From an uncultured Clostridium sp. (lineage in GTDB: Bacteria; Bacillota; Clostridia; TANB77; CAG-508), in contig CABUGH010000002.1 in NCBI GenBank assembly GCA_902491155.1, positions 24,211 through 88,210 of the forward strand: 64,000 nucleotides of DNA, written 5' to 3'. The position numbers and the translations under genes are program-made. Below the pieces are notes generated by a model. It saw nothing but the letters and a program-made list of their open reading frames with translations, ran no database searches and was not told the origin of the DNA. Each line of letters opens with the position of its first letter. The first letter of the stretch is position 1. Shown piece after piece: positions 20,123 to 30,813 of the stretch.

Positions 20123-21235
20123 CTAATTTTCAAGCATTTTTTCAATTTTTAATAAAATTTTCCCATCTTTTGCAAAAATTGTTCTACTCTCTCCCTTTAC
20201 TATTTTACCATATAAAATAAATTCTGATAATTTATCTTCAACTAATGTTTGAATTATTCTCCTTAATGGTCTTGCTCCAAAGTTTTTATCAATACTTTTT
20301 TTAGTAATCAATTTTTTAACAGAATCATCTATTTGTATATTATATCCTTCATTTTCTAATATCAATTCCACTTTTTTTAACATCAAATCTATTATTTTAT
20401 AAATATCTTCATCATTCAATTTGTGGAAAACTATAATCTCATCAATACGATTTATAAATTCTGGTCTTAATTCTTTTTTTACTATCTCCATAACTTCCTT
20501 TTTAGTCTCTTCATATTGACTTTCATTTTTTTCTGATTCATTTGTATATTTAGAAAATCCAAGCAATTTCTTGTCTGTAATAATTCTTGCACCCAAATTT
20601 GACGTCATTATTATTACAGTATTCTTAAAATCAACAAATTTTCCCTGACTATCTGTTAAATGACCATCTTCTAATATCTGTAGCAAAATATTCATCACAT
20701 CTGGATGAGCTTTTTCTATCTCATCAAAAAGTATTACTGAATACGGCCTTCTCCTAATTTTTTCAGTTAATTGCCCCCCATCATCAAATCCTATATAGCC
20801 AGGAGGTGATCCTATTAATTTTGACACTGAATGTTGCTCCATATACTCTGACATATCTATTCTTATCATATCATTTTCATTACCAAAAAGCACTTCTGCC
20901 AAAGCTTTTGCTAGTTCAGTTTTTCCAACACCTGTTGGTCCTAAAAATAAAAACGAACCTATTGGTCTTTTTGGATCTTTTAATCCAACTCTTCCTCTTC
21001 TTATTGCTTTACTAACCGCTTCTACAGCCTCATTTTGTCCTATTACTCTTTTATGCAACTCTACTTCTAAATTTTTCAATTTTTTATTTTCATCTTGTGT
21101 TATTTTCTTAACTGGCACACCAGTTGTAGATGCTATAATCTCTGCAATATTTTCTTCTGATATATTTATTACAGATTTACTATACTTATTTTTCCATTTA
21201 GTTTCTTCTTTTTCATACTTTTCACCTAACTCCAT
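20123..21235 (-). CDS. clpC: ClpC ATPase, C-terminal part (second AAA+ module), separated from the N-terminal part by a frameshift
   Basis: Walker A GPTGVGKT, sensor and ClpB_D2-small motifs; this reading frame stays open upstream to about 21340 and encodes the UVR-like linker [29 protein letters not shown]. Confidence 0.85.
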   Translation of the reverse strand: MELGEKYEKEETKWKNKYSKSVINISEENIAEIIASTTGVPVKKITQDENKKLKNLEVELHKRVIGQNEAVEAVSKAIRRGRVGLKDPKRPIGSFLFLGPTGVGKTELAKALAEVLFGNENDMIRIDMSEYMEQHSVSKLIGSPPGYIGFDDGGQLTEKIRRRPYSVILFDEIEKAHPDVMNILLQILEDGHLTDSQGKFVDFKNTVIIMTSNLGARIITDKKLLGFSKYTNESEKNESQYEETKKEVMEIVKKELRPEFINRIDEIIVFHKLNDEDIYKIIDLMLKKVELILENEGYNIQIDDSVKKLITKKSIDKNFGARPLRRIIQTLVEDKLSEFILYGKIVKGESRTIFAKDGKILLKIEKMLEN

Positions 21236-21320
21236 CTCTTTATCTCGTAATTTTGCAGCATTCTCAAATCTTTGATTTAATACTGCTTCTTCTTTTTCTC
21301 TTTTTACTTTTTCGAATTCT

Positions 21321-22625
21321 TCACCGTATCTTTTTTATTTTTTCTGGTTCAATATATGATTTTAGCCTAGCACGAGATGAAGCTTCATCTATTAAATCAA
21401 TTGCCTTATCAGGTAAAAATCTATCATTTATATATCTTACAGACAAATCAACTGCCGCTTCTATAGCTTGATCTGATATTTTAACATTATGATGTGCCTC
21501 ATATTTATCTCTAATACCTTTTAATATTTCAACTGTATCTTTCTTGCTTGGCTCTTCTATTTTTACCTTATTAAATCTCCTTTCTAAAGCTATATCTTTT
21601 TCTATATATTTTCTATACTCATTTATAGTTGTAGCACCTATTAATTGAATTTCTCCTCTAGCCAATAAAGGCTTTAAAATATTTGCAGCATCAATTGCAC
21701 CTTCTGCCGCACCTGCACCAACAATTGTATGAATCTCATCCACAAACAATATTATATCCCCAGCTTTTTTTACTTCATTTAAAGCCTTTTTTATTCTTTC
21801 TTCAAAATCACCTCTATATTTTGCACCAGCCACCATTCCAGAAATATCCATTGTTACAACTCTTTTATCTTTTAAATTTTCTGGCACAGCCTCATCAACT
21901 ATTTTTTGTGCTAATCCCTCTATTATCGCTGTTTTTCCTACCCCAGGTTCTCCAACCAAACATGGATTATTTTTTGTTCTTCTTGATAATATTTGAATTA
22001 CTTTTTCTACTTCCGCATTTCTTCCTATTATAGGATCAATTTTTCCATCTTCTGCTTTTATAGTTAAATCTTCACCAAACTGATTTAATGTAGGAGTTCT
22101 GCTATAACTTCCTCTCTTCTTATTTATTTTTAATTTAGTATCTACATAATTATCATTTGATTCTATGTTTTTTGTTTTTTCAGTTATCTTTTCTCCTTCT
22201 TCTATCACATTTATTATTTCATTATATATTTTGGCAGAATTAATATTTAATTCAAATAATATTCTCATTGCTATACAATCATTTTCTTTTAAAATTCCTA
22301 CTAAAAGATGTTCTGTACCTATAAAGCTATATCCTAATTTTCTTGCTTCTATAAAAGCATTTTCTAACACTTTTTTAGTTCTTGGTGTAAAATCTGTAAC
22401 ATTATCAATTGGCTGTTCATGTCCTATAAACTCATCTATCTTTTTAGCTACTGTTTCTCCTAAAACATCTTCACTATGCAACACCTTGCCTGCAACTCCG
22501 TTTTGCTCTTTTACCAAACCATATAGCAAATGCTCTGTTCCAACATAATTGTGTCCCAAATCTTTTGCAATATTATTTGCTAATTCTATTGCTTTACTAG
22601 AACTTTTAGTAAATTTATATGTCAT
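21321..22625 (-). CDS. clpC: ClpC ATPase, N-terminal part (Clp_N repeats and first AAA+ module), ends at a frameshift
   Basis: Clp N-domain repeats and Walker A GEPGVGKT; AGGAGG RBS favours the ATG at 22623-22625; the frame stops at 21321 inside a T6-A-T6 tract. Confidence 0.85.
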   Translation of the reverse strand: MTYKFTKSSSKAIELANNIAKDLGHNYVGTEHLLYGLVKEQNGVAGKVLHSEDVLGETVAKKIDEFIGHEQPIDNVTDFTPRTKKVLENAFIEARKLGYSFIGTEHLLVGILKENDCIAMRILFELNINSAKIYNEIINVIEEGEKITEKTKNIESNDNYVDTKLKINKKRGSYSRTPTLNQFGEDLTIKAEDGKIDPIIGRNAEVEKVIQILSRRTKNNPCLVGEPGVGKTAIIEGLAQKIVDEAVPENLKDKRVVTMDISGMVAGAKYRGDFEERIKKALNEVKKAGDIILFVDEIHTIVGAGAAEGAIDAANILKPLLARGEIQLIGATTINEYRKYIEKDIALERRFNKVKIEEPSKKDTVEILKGIRDKYEAHHNVKISDQAIEAAVDLSVRYINDRFLPDKAIDLIDEASSRARLKSYIEPEKIKKIR

Positions 22626-22640
22626 ACGCATCCTCCTTTT

Positions 22641-22811
22641 CTATTTGCTTTTACTAGACTTTTTAGTCTTTTTATCCAATTCTTTTGCCCTTTGCTTTTG
22701 CTTTTCTGGAGGAAGCCATGCAAAATAACTTGATACAAATTCACCATAAACAGTTACATCTTCTCCAGCCTCCATATCAAATTGTATATCTTTTTTTTCT
22801 TTGTTATTCAT
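22641..22811 (-). CDS. Small hypothetical protein (56 aa) upstream of clpC
   Basis: Hand-translated MNNKEKKDIQFDMEAGEDVTVYGEFVSSYFAWLPPEKQKQRAKELDKKTKKSSKSK; weak AAGGG RBS; below the track size cut-off. Confidence 0.35.
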   Translation of the reverse strand: MNNKEKKDIQFDMEAGEDVTVYGEFVSSYFAWLPPEKQKQRAKELDKKTKKSSKSK

Positions 22812-22908
22812 AATATCACAACCCTTTCCTTATTTTCTTTATTAACATTTTTATCAATTTCTATACATATTTTTTATAAAATTACGTATAAATTTAAAAG
22901 GTGATATT

Positions 22909-23961
22909 ATGCAAAAATCGCATTTTTTTGTTATTAAATTAAAAAGAAACTTTTTTGCAATTATTTTTATTTCTTTTGCTTTCAACCTTTTACTATTTTC
23001 AAATAATAATCTAGTTGCAGTTAAAAATGGCTTAACTCTATGGGCTACTTCTGTTGTTCCTTCTCTATTTCCATTTTTTGTTGCTACAGAATTACTACTA
23101 CACACTAATATAGTAAATTTTTTAGGAAGATTATTAAATTATTTTATGAGACCCGTTTTTAATGTTGATGGTAAAGGTTCTTTTTGCTTTATAATGGGAT
23201 TAATTAGTGGTTATCCAATAGGAGCTAAAATTGCTTGTGAATTTAGAAAACAAAATATATGCTCTAAAATAGAATGTGAAAGACTCTTAAGTTTTACAAA
23301 TAATTCTGGTCCATTATTTATAGTTGGTACTGTCGGAATTAGTATGTTTGGTAATACATCTATTGGATTGCTATTACTTATTACACATATTTTAGCCTGT
23401 ATTACTGTAGGAATCATATTTAGATTTTGGAAAAATAAATCACAACATAATAATCGATCATTTAATTACACCAACTCAGCTTCAAACAATACAGTAACAT
23501 TTTCTAATTTAGGAAATGTTTTAAGTGAAAGTATTAATAGTAGTATACAATCAATCCTACTTATTGGAGGTTTTGTGGTTATTTTTTCTAGCATCATATC
23601 TATATTAACAACTAGTGGTATATTACATAATTTATCAATTTTGCTATTGCCTTTTTTTAATTTTTTACATATTGATACTCAATTTATTACCCCTTTATTA
23701 ACAGGATTTTTAGAAATTACAAATGGTATAAAAAACATATCTATAATAAAAATTAAACATATTTCAGTTAATATTATTATTACCGCTTTTTTACTAGGAT
23801 TTGGTGGAATTTCTGTATTACTACAAGTTTGGAGTATAATATCGAAAAGTAATTTATCTATAAAACCTTATATACTCGGCAAATTATTACATGGTACAAT
23901 TGCTGCTTTATACACTTTTTTAGCTTTAAACTTTATCCCTTTTCTTAACTTAGATTTATAA
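22909..23961 (+). CDS. ylbJ: Sporulation integral membrane protein YlbJ
   Basis: GLTLWATSVVPSLFPFFV..., MRPVFNVDGKGSF...GLISGYPIGAK..., LLSFTNNSGPLF match YlbJ-family signatures. Confidence 0.85.
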   Translation: MQKSHFFVIKLKRNFFAIIFISFAFNLLLFSNNNLVAVKNGLTLWATSVVPSLFPFFVATELLLHTNIVNFLGRLLNYFMRPVFNVDGKGSFCFIMGLISGYPIGAKIACEFRKQNICSKIECERLLSFTNNSGPLFIVGTVGISMFGNTSIGLLLLITHILACITVGIIFRFWKNKSQHNNRSFNYTNSASNNTVTFSNLGNVLSESINSSIQSILLIGGFVVIFSSIISILTTSGILHNLSILLLPFFNFLHIDTQFITPLLTGFLEITNGIKNISIIKIKHISVNIIITAFLLGFGGISVLLQVWSIISKSNLSIKPYILGKLLHGTIAALYTFLALNFIPFLNLDL

Positions 23962-24075
23962 TTCTAAACCAATTTTTAATTTTTCTTAATGTTAAAATTC
24001 GTAATATTAATGTAAAAATTTTTTAGTTATAATTATTTAATTATTTCATATATTCTATTAAGGAGTTGATTTTTC

Positions 24076-24294
24076 ATGGAACGTGATTTTAATAATTTTC
24101 CACCATATATGGATTCAGATTTTACTGATTTGTATCGTGACCCAATGTTTAACCCAATGATGCAATATGAGCAAGCATATTCTTATTATCGCTGTTTGTG
24201 TATGCAAATGGACTATAAATTAAAGTGTAAAGAATATGAAAAAATGTGTGGTACTCAATCAACCACAGAAAAAAATAATACTGAAAGAAGATAA
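24076..24294 (+). CDS. Hypothetical small protein (72 aa, Tyr/Met/Cys-rich)
   Basis: AAGGAG RBS, clean ORF; no family recognised. Confidence 0.55.
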   Translation: MERDFNNFPPYMDSDFTDLYRDPMFNPMMQYEQAYSYYRCLCMQMDYKLKCKEYEKMCGTQSTTEKNNTERR

Positions 24295-24393
24295 TTATTC
24301 AAAAAAGCAATTTTTTGAATTGATATTTTAAATGTTATATGTTATATTATATATATAAATTATATTATATATGTATTGCAAGGAGGAATCAAA

Positions 24394-24627
24394 ATGGCAC
24401 GAAAAAAGAAATTAACTAAAGCAATACGGTTAGAATCAAATTGGGATACTTTCCAAATTGAACATCCAGAAGTAAAAGTAACAAAAGATTGTAAAGGAAA
24501 AATTTTATCTTTTTCTTTGCCTGAAAATTACTATTTAGTATATTTACTTTTTTCAGACGATAAAACTGAAGTTACTCTTTTACGTTATATCACTCCAGAA
24601 GACACCTATGTAAAATTCCCAAAATGA
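24394..24627 (+). CDS. Hypothetical small protein (77 aa)
   Basis: AAGGAGGA RBS 7 nt before the ATG at 24394 (MARKKKLTKA...); the TTG-extended track start is rejected. Confidence 0.55.
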   Translation: MARKKKLTKAIRLESNWDTFQIEHPEVKVTKDCKGKILSFSLPENYYLVYLLFSDDKTEVTLLRYITPEDTYVKFPK

Positions 24628-24648
24628 TAACTCAAGCGATAACTTGGG

Positions 24649-24716
24649 GCTGATTCGGGGACGGAGGAACTGCTGCTCCGTCCCCGAATCAGCAGTTCCT
24701 CCGTCCCCGAATCAGC
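24649..24716. repeat. REP-like GC-rich hairpin, second locus of the GATTCGGGGACGG family
   Basis: 27-bp perfect arms 24649-24675 / 24690-24716 around a 14-nt loop that itself holds another CCGTCCCCGAAT unit; sits between convergent stops at 24627 and 24722. Confidence 0.85.
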
Positions 24717-24721
24717 ATTCA

Positions 24722-27700
24722 TCAGCCAAATAAACTCATTTGATTACTTTGACTCATACCATCTAAGCATCCAAATTTTTTAAGTAAATCTGTTACAGAC
24801 ACACCAACTTTAGCCCTAATTTTCAAGTCATCTATAGACATAAACTTACCATCTTTTCTTGCTTTTTCAATTCCTTGTGCTGCCACTGTCCCTAAGCCTG
24901 GTATACTATTTAATGGTGGTCTTATTCCATCTTCTTCTACTATAAATTTTGTACTACTTGATTTATATAAATCTATTGGCAAGAATTCAAAGCCTCTTTC
25001 GTACATTTCTAAGACTAGTTCTAAGACTGGATACATAGTTTTATCTTTTTGAGTCGCATTATTTCCTAATAAATCTATTTCTTTCATTTTATTTTTTACT
25101 TTTTCTTTTCCAAAACACATTATTTCACTATCAAAATCATCAGCTGCTCTTATTGAAAAAAATGCTGCATAATATGCTTTTGGTTGATGTACCTTAAACC
25201 ATGCTATTCTAAATGCATTTGTTACATATGCTGCTGCATGGGCCTTTGGGAACATGTATTTTATTTTTTCACATGATTTTATATACCAATCTGGTACATT
25301 ATGTTCTTTCATTAAAGCTACATATTCTGCCCATTTTGCTGGATCCTTTAATGCCTTTCCCTTACGTACCGTTTCCATTATTTTAAATGATGGATTTGGT
25401 GGTATTCCTTGTTTTATTAAGTATATCATTATATCATCACGACAACATATTGCTTCTGTTAATGTTACTGTTCCTTGCTCTATTAAGCTTTGTGCGTTAC
25501 CTAACCACACATCAGTTCCATGTGATAATCCAGATATACGTATTAATTCATCAAATGTTGTTGGTTTTGTATCTACAAGCATTCCTCTTACAAATTTCGT
25601 TCCAAACTCTGGTATTCCGTAACTTCCTACTTCTGATTTTATTTGTTCTGGTGTTACTCCTAATGCTTTTGTTGAACTAAATATTGACATTGTTTCTTTA
25701 TCATCTAATGGTACTTTTGTTGGATCTATCCCTGTTATATCTTGTAACATACGTATTACTGTCGGATCATCATGGCCCAGAATATCTAGTTTTAACAGGT
25801 TTGCATCTATTGAATGATAATCAAAATGTGTTGTTATTATATCTGAATTTGGATCATCTGCTGGATGTTGTACTGGACAAAATTCATATATTTCTCTTCC
25901 CTTTGGGACAACAATTATTCCTCCTGGATGTTGACCTGTTGTTCTTTTTATTCCTGTACATCCTGATGATAATCTTTTAATTTCTGCATTATTTATTGGT
26001 ATATGCCTTTCCTCAAAATAGTTTTTTACATATCCAAATGCTGTTTTATCAGCCACTGTACCTATTGTTCCTGCCTTAAAAGTTGTACCTTTTCCAAATA
26101 TTACCTCTGTATATTTATGTGCTTTTGCTTGATATTCTCCAGAAAAGTTCAAATCTATATCTGGCTCTTTATCCCCATTAAATCCTAAGAATGTTTCAAA
26201 AGGTATATCCATTCCATCTTTTGCCAATTTATGTCCACATTTTGGACAATCTTTATCTGGCAAGTCAAATCCATTTTTTACACCATAATCTGCAAAATCT
26301 GAATATTTACAATTTGGACATCTATAATGTGCTGGCAAAGAATTTACCTCTGTAATACCTGTCATATTTGCAACAAACGATGACCCTACTGAACCTCTGG
26401 AACCTACTATATAGCCATCCTCATTCGATTTCCACACCAATTTTTGAGCTATAATATACATTACTGAAAATCCATTTCTTATAATTGAATCCAACTCTTT
26501 ATCTAATCTAGTTTGTACTATTTCTGGCAATGGATCTCCATATAATTCATGGGCTTTACTATATGCAATATTTTTTATAGTTTCTTCACAACCTGGTATA
26601 TGTGGCGGACATTTTTCTGGTGATATTGGGCTTATTTGCTCACACATATCTGATATTTTATTTGTATTTGTTACAACAACTTCATATGCTTTTTCTTCTC
26701 CTAAATAACTAAACTCTTTTAGCATTTCTTCTGTTGTTCTTAAATATAATGGTGCTTGCTGATCTGCATCATCATATTTTTGCCCAGCTTGCAATATACG
26801 CCTATATATTTCATCTTGTGGATCCATAAAATGTACATCACATGTTGCTACAACAAGTTTATTTAATTTTTCACCTAATGCTACAATTTTTCTATTTATA
26901 TCTCTTAGCTCTTCATCATCTCTCATTATTCCTTCTCTAACTAAGAATTCATTATTTCCTATTGGTTGTATTTCCAAATAATCATAATCTTGTGCTATCT
27001 CTTCTATTTCTTCATCTGTCTTTCCTTGTTCTATTGCTTGATATAATTCCCCTGCCTCACATGCACTTCCTAATATCAAACCTTCTGAATATTTTTTATA
27101 CAAGCTCTTTAGTATACGAGGTTTTCTATAAAAATAATCAACATGTGATAAAGAAACCAATCTATATAAATTACGTAATCCTACATAATTTGTAGCCAAA
27201 ATAATTGCATGATATGTTTTTAATTTTTTATACTCTTCTTTTTTAGCTTCTTTGTCAGCTGCAACTCTATCTATATCATCAATTGTTTTAGCTCCTCTTT
27301 CTTCTAGCATTTTAAGCATTACTTTAAAAACTTTTACAGTTGTATCAACATCATCTAAAGCTCTGTGTGCAACTTCTACTTTTATACCTAAATTCTCCGC
27401 AATTTTTCCTAATTTATATTTCTTATAATCTGGAAATAAATCTTTTGCTAAACTTAATGTATCTAAATATGTATAATCAAATTCATATCCTAACGCTTTT
27501 GCATTCTGTTTCAAAAATCCAACATCAAAATTAGCATTGTGTGCAACTATTACGCAATCCTTTCCCAAAAATTCTAATAGTCTTGGAAATACTTTTTCTA
27601 TTGTATCTGCATCTTTTACCATATCATCCGTAATATTCGTTACTTCAGTTACTCTTTCTGGTATATGTCTTTCTGGGTTTACAAACTCACTAAATTCACC

Positions 27701-29533
27701 TATTACCTCACCTGATTTATATTTCATAACACCAATTTCTGTAATTCTATCATTTGTAGCAGAAAATCCTGTTGTTTCCAAGTCAAGTACACAATATATT
27801 GTATCCAATGGCTGCCCTTTAGAATTATATATTGATTTAGTATTGTCTGGTGCCAAATATGCCTCTACACCATAAATAATCTTCATATCCGGATTATCTA
27901 CACCTAGTAACTTATGTGCCTCCGGAAAAGCTTGTACAACTCCATGGTCTGTTATTGCTATTGACTTCATTCCCCATTTCATAGCTCTTTTTATTAAATC
28001 TGTTGCAGAAGTCATAGCATCCATTTGACTCATTTTTGTATGCATATGCAATTCCACTCTTTTGACCTCACTATTATCTTGCCTTATTTCTTTTTTTATT
28101 CCTTCTGATTCTATAATAGTATTTGCCATTATAGTAAGCTCATTAGAAAAGCTATCCATTTGCGCATTTCCAGCCAAACGTACACCCTTAGCACTTGTTA
28201 ATCTTTTTACAACTTTTTTACATCGATCACTTTGAACAAAAGCTTTACAAGTCATTGTACTTGTACCATCATATATATCAATACTCAATATTACTTTTTG
28301 ATTTTTTATTGGTTTTTCTTCTACTCCTATAACTTCTCCATCGATACATACTCTTCCATCATCTACACCCAAATCTTCTATTTTAACTAATTTTTCTGTT
28401 ATATTCATATTATTTCCATAAATTAAAGGTGTATCTTCTGCTTCTGTTGGTAACTCAGGTACTTCTGAATCTGTTTCTATAATAGTATTTGCAATTACAG
28501 TTACATCACCTGCATATGTATCTAATCCTGCTTTTCCTGTCAACTTTATTGCTTTCGCATTTTTAATTTTTTCTACAATCTCATTTCCTTCTTTAATATC
28601 TCTTGCAAATGATTTACATGTAAGTGTACCTGTTCCATCATATAATTCTAATATTATCATACCTTTACCAGATCTTGTCTCTCTTGCTTGACTTGATATT
28701 ATTCTTCCTTCTAATGTCACTCTTCCCTCATTTGCATTTATATCTTTTATCTTTACTTTTTTCTCTTTTGCCCTTGATGGTTTACCCATAATGTATTGCT
28801 GTTCTCCTTCTATTTCTGCCACAACATCTTCTTCAACAATATTTTCTGGTGGAACATCTTCAGGTGAAATATATCCATCTATATCAGTTGGCATACGATA
28901 ATTTGGATCATTATATTCTTGATTTTTATTAGTACTTTCCTTTTGTTCATTTTCTTGATTAATAGCATTCATTTGTGCTTTTTCTATTTCTTGTTCTTCT
29001 TGCATTTTAATTTTTTCATGATATTTTTTAATCTCTTCCTGATCTATGTCTTCTTCTAATTCTATTTTATAATCTTTGCCTAAAATATTTTTAATCATTT
29101 TTTGTAAAATCAAGTCCGTTTTTTTAGCTTTTAAAAACTCTGCACCTCTAATATGCATTTTTACATTTATAGTTTTTCCAAAGACCTCAATTTTACTTTT
29201 TAATAAAAGCATAGGTTTAGCCAATGGATATTTATGCGTCATATAACATATTAAATTTGTCCATTCATCTTCTACACTTTTAACTCTTACATTATCTTTA
29301 TACTTTATTTCTAATTCTATATTTTCAAATAAAAATCTCTCTCTTAAATATTTTTCAAAATACCACAATTCTTTTATTTCTATATATTCATCAGATTCTA
29401 TAACCATTTCTAAAATTCTTTTTTTCTTAATTAAATTAAGTCCTAAAACCTTAGCTTCAATTATATTTGCTCTTGTTTTATAATCTCCAAATATTTCTTT
29501 TATCATTTTTAAATTTTGTTGTGGCTCTGGCAT
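24722..29533 (-). CDS. polC: DNA polymerase III PolC-type, unusually long (1603 aa) with duplicated OB domain
   Basis: PHP motif (VELHMHT), DEDDh exonuclease (LDLETTG, H..DA), polymerase core and C-terminal HhH; AAGGA RBS. Confidence 0.95.
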   Translation of the reverse strand: MPEPQQNLKMIKEIFGDYKTRANIIEAKVLGLNLIKKKRILEMVIESDEYIEIKELWYFEKYLRERFLFENIELEIKYKDNVRVKSVEDEWTNLICYMTHKYPLAKPMLLLKSKIEVFGKTINVKMHIRGAEFLKAKKTDLILQKMIKNILGKDYKIELEEDIDQEEIKKYHEKIKMQEEQEIEKAQMNAINQENEQKESTNKNQEYNDPNYRMPTDIDGYISPEDVPPENIVEEDVVAEIEGEQQYIMGKPSRAKEKKVKIKDINANEGRVTLEGRIISSQARETRSGKGMIILELYDGTGTLTCKSFARDIKEGNEIVEKIKNAKAIKLTGKAGLDTYAGDVTVIANTIIETDSEVPELPTEAEDTPLIYGNNMNITEKLVKIEDLGVDDGRVCIDGEVIGVEEKPIKNQKVILSIDIYDGTSTMTCKAFVQSDRCKKVVKRLTSAKGVRLAGNAQMDSFSNELTIMANTIIESEGIKKEIRQDNSEVKRVELHMHTKMSQMDAMTSATDLIKRAMKWGMKSIAITDHGVVQAFPEAHKLLGVDNPDMKIIYGVEAYLAPDNTKSIYNSKGQPLDTIYCVLDLETTGFSATNDRITEIGVMKYKSGEVIGEFSEFVNPERHIPERVTEVTNITDDMVKDADTIEKVFPRLLEFLGKDCVIVAHNANFDVGFLKQNAKALGYEFDYTYLDTLSLAKDLFPDYKKYKLGKIAENLGIKVEVAHRALDDVDTTVKVFKVMLKMLEERGAKTIDDIDRVAADKEAKKEEYKKLKTYHAIILATNYVGLRNLYRLVSLSHVDYFYRKPRILKSLYKKYSEGLILGSACEAGELYQAIEQGKTDEEIEEIAQDYDYLEIQPIGNNEFLVREGIMRDDEELRDINRKIVALGEKLNKLVVATCDVHFMDPQDEIYRRILQAGQKYDDADQQAPLYLRTTEEMLKEFSYLGEEKAYEVVVTNTNKISDMCEQISPISPEKCPPHIPGCEETIKNIAYSKAHELYGDPLPEIVQTRLDKELDSIIRNGFSVMYIIAQKLVWKSNEDGYIVGSRGSVGSSFVANMTGITEVNSLPAHYRCPNCKYSDFADYGVKNGFDLPDKDCPKCGHKLAKDGMDIPFETFLGFNGDKEPDIDLNFSGEYQAKAHKYTEVIFGKGTTFKAGTIGTVADKTAFGYVKNYFEERHIPINNAEIKRLSSGCTGIKRTTGQHPGGIIVVPKGREIYEFCPVQHPADDPNSDIITTHFDYHSIDANLLKLDILGHDDPTVIRMLQDITGIDPTKVPLDDKETMSIFSSTKALGVTPEQIKSEVGSYGIPEFGTKFVRGMLVDTKPTTFDELIRISGLSHGTDVWLGNAQSLIEQGTVTLTEAICCRDDIMIYLIKQGIPPNPSFKIMETVRKGKALKDPAKWAEYVALMKEHNVPDWYIKSCEKIKYMFPKAHAAAYVTNAFRIAWFKVHQPKAYYAAFFSIRAADDFDSEIMCFGKEKVKNKMKEIDLLGNNATQKDKTMYPVLELVLEMYERGFEFLPIDLYKSSSTKFIVEEDGIRPPLNSIPGLGTVAAQGIEKARKDGKFMSIDDLKIRAKVGVSVTDLLKKFGCLDGMSQSNQMSLFG

Positions 29534-29551
29534 TTTATCACATCCTTTTTT

Positions 29552-30802
29552 CTATAATATACGCATAACATCGTGATAAGTTATATAAATTGACAATGCA
29601 ATTAATATAGAAAAACCTAATAATTGTATATTTATTTCTACTTCTTGCTTTAATGGTTTTCTACGAATCGCTTCTATAATTAATATTAATATTTTTCCTC
29701 CATCTAGCGCTGGTATTGGCAGCAAATTCGTCACTCCTAATGACAATGATATAAGAGCTAGCAAATACACAAATTCTTGTATTCCATTTGTTTTTGCCAC
29801 GACCTCTGATATTCCAACAGGTCCCATCATTTGATCTACACTAACCCTGCCAAAAAACAAACTTTTTATATTATCTAAAATTGACACAGCAAAATCTTTA
29901 GTTTCAATTTTTGCATATATTAAATGATTTTTAACTGTATTTTCTGCTGGTCTTAATGACACTCCTAAATAATATGTTGACACATAATCTGGTGTTAGTT
30001 CTATATTTTTATTTTCTTTTCCTCTTTGAATAGTCAATATTATTGTTCTTTGATCTTTTTCCTGTATTATATTTACAGCTTTTTTTACATTCCCATTTAT
30101 TTCTTCATTATTGATTTTTATAATTTTATCATTTGCTTGAATTCCCTGTTTTTCAGCAGGACTATTTTTATCTATTGTTACAACTTTACATTTTTCATCT
30201 AAATACATTCCAGTGTATTTATTTTTTATTTCTGTTGGTTTTACTGTATATTCCTTTTGTTCTCCATCTCTTTCAATCAAAATAGCAATCTCTTGGCCAT
30301 TATTGTTATCTAAAGCCTTATTTAAATCATATTTATTACTTATTTTTTTATTATCAATTTTTAATATTTTATCATCTTTTTGTAAACCTATTTGTTCAGC
30401 AGAATATCCTTCTATTGTTGAATCAACAATATTTGTTACATAATTTCCAGTACATGACATAAGAATAAAATATACTATTAATCCAAATAGTATATTTACT
30501 GTAGCTCCGGCTGCAACTATTGCTATTTTTCTAGGTATACTGGCTTTAGAAAAAGACCCTTTTTCTTCAGATCTTTCTTCTTCACCTTCCATATTACAAT
30601 AACCACCAAGTGGTATTGCTCTTAGTGCATATTTAGTTTCTTTGCCTTGATGTTGCCAAATTGCTGGTCCAAATCCTATGGCAAACTCGTTTACTTTTAC
30701 TTTACACAATTTAGCAACCAACATGTGACCAGCCTCATGTATAAGTATAAGAAAGCCTAATAAAAACACAATTTTAAGTGCTGACAATATTATTGTAAAC
30801 AT
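29552..30802 (-). CDS. rseP: RIP metalloprotease RseP/RasP (site-2 protease)
   Basis: HEAGHML zinc motif, PDZ region, C-terminal LLPIPALDGG motif. Confidence 0.9.
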   Translation of the reverse strand: MFTIILSALKIVFLLGFLILIHEAGHMLVAKLCKVKVNEFAIGFGPAIWQHQGKETKYALRAIPLGGYCNMEGEEERSEEKGSFSKASIPRKIAIVAAGATVNILFGLIVYFILMSCTGNYVTNIVDSTIEGYSAEQIGLQKDDKILKIDNKKISNKYDLNKALDNNNGQEIAILIERDGEQKEYTVKPTEIKNKYTGMYLDEKCKVVTIDKNSPAEKQGIQANDKIIKINNEEINGNVKKAVNIIQEKDQRTIILTIQRGKENKNIELTPDYVSTYYLGVSLRPAENTVKNHLIYAKIETKDFAVSILDNIKSLFFGRVSVDQMMGPVGISEVVAKTNGIQEFVYLLALISLSLGVTNLLPIPALDGGKILILIIEAIRRKPLKQEVEINIQLLGFSILIALSIYITYHDVMRIL

Positions 30803-30813
30803 TCAATAACCTC

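Noticed and set aside
24295-24375. AT-only TATATTATATAT-type repeats and the TTCAAAAAAGCAATTTTTTGAA hairpin as a regulatory element
   Set aside because: Pure A/T low-complexity sequence of a kind common in intergenic DNA of this genome. The stem is all A-T and there is no distinctive motif.
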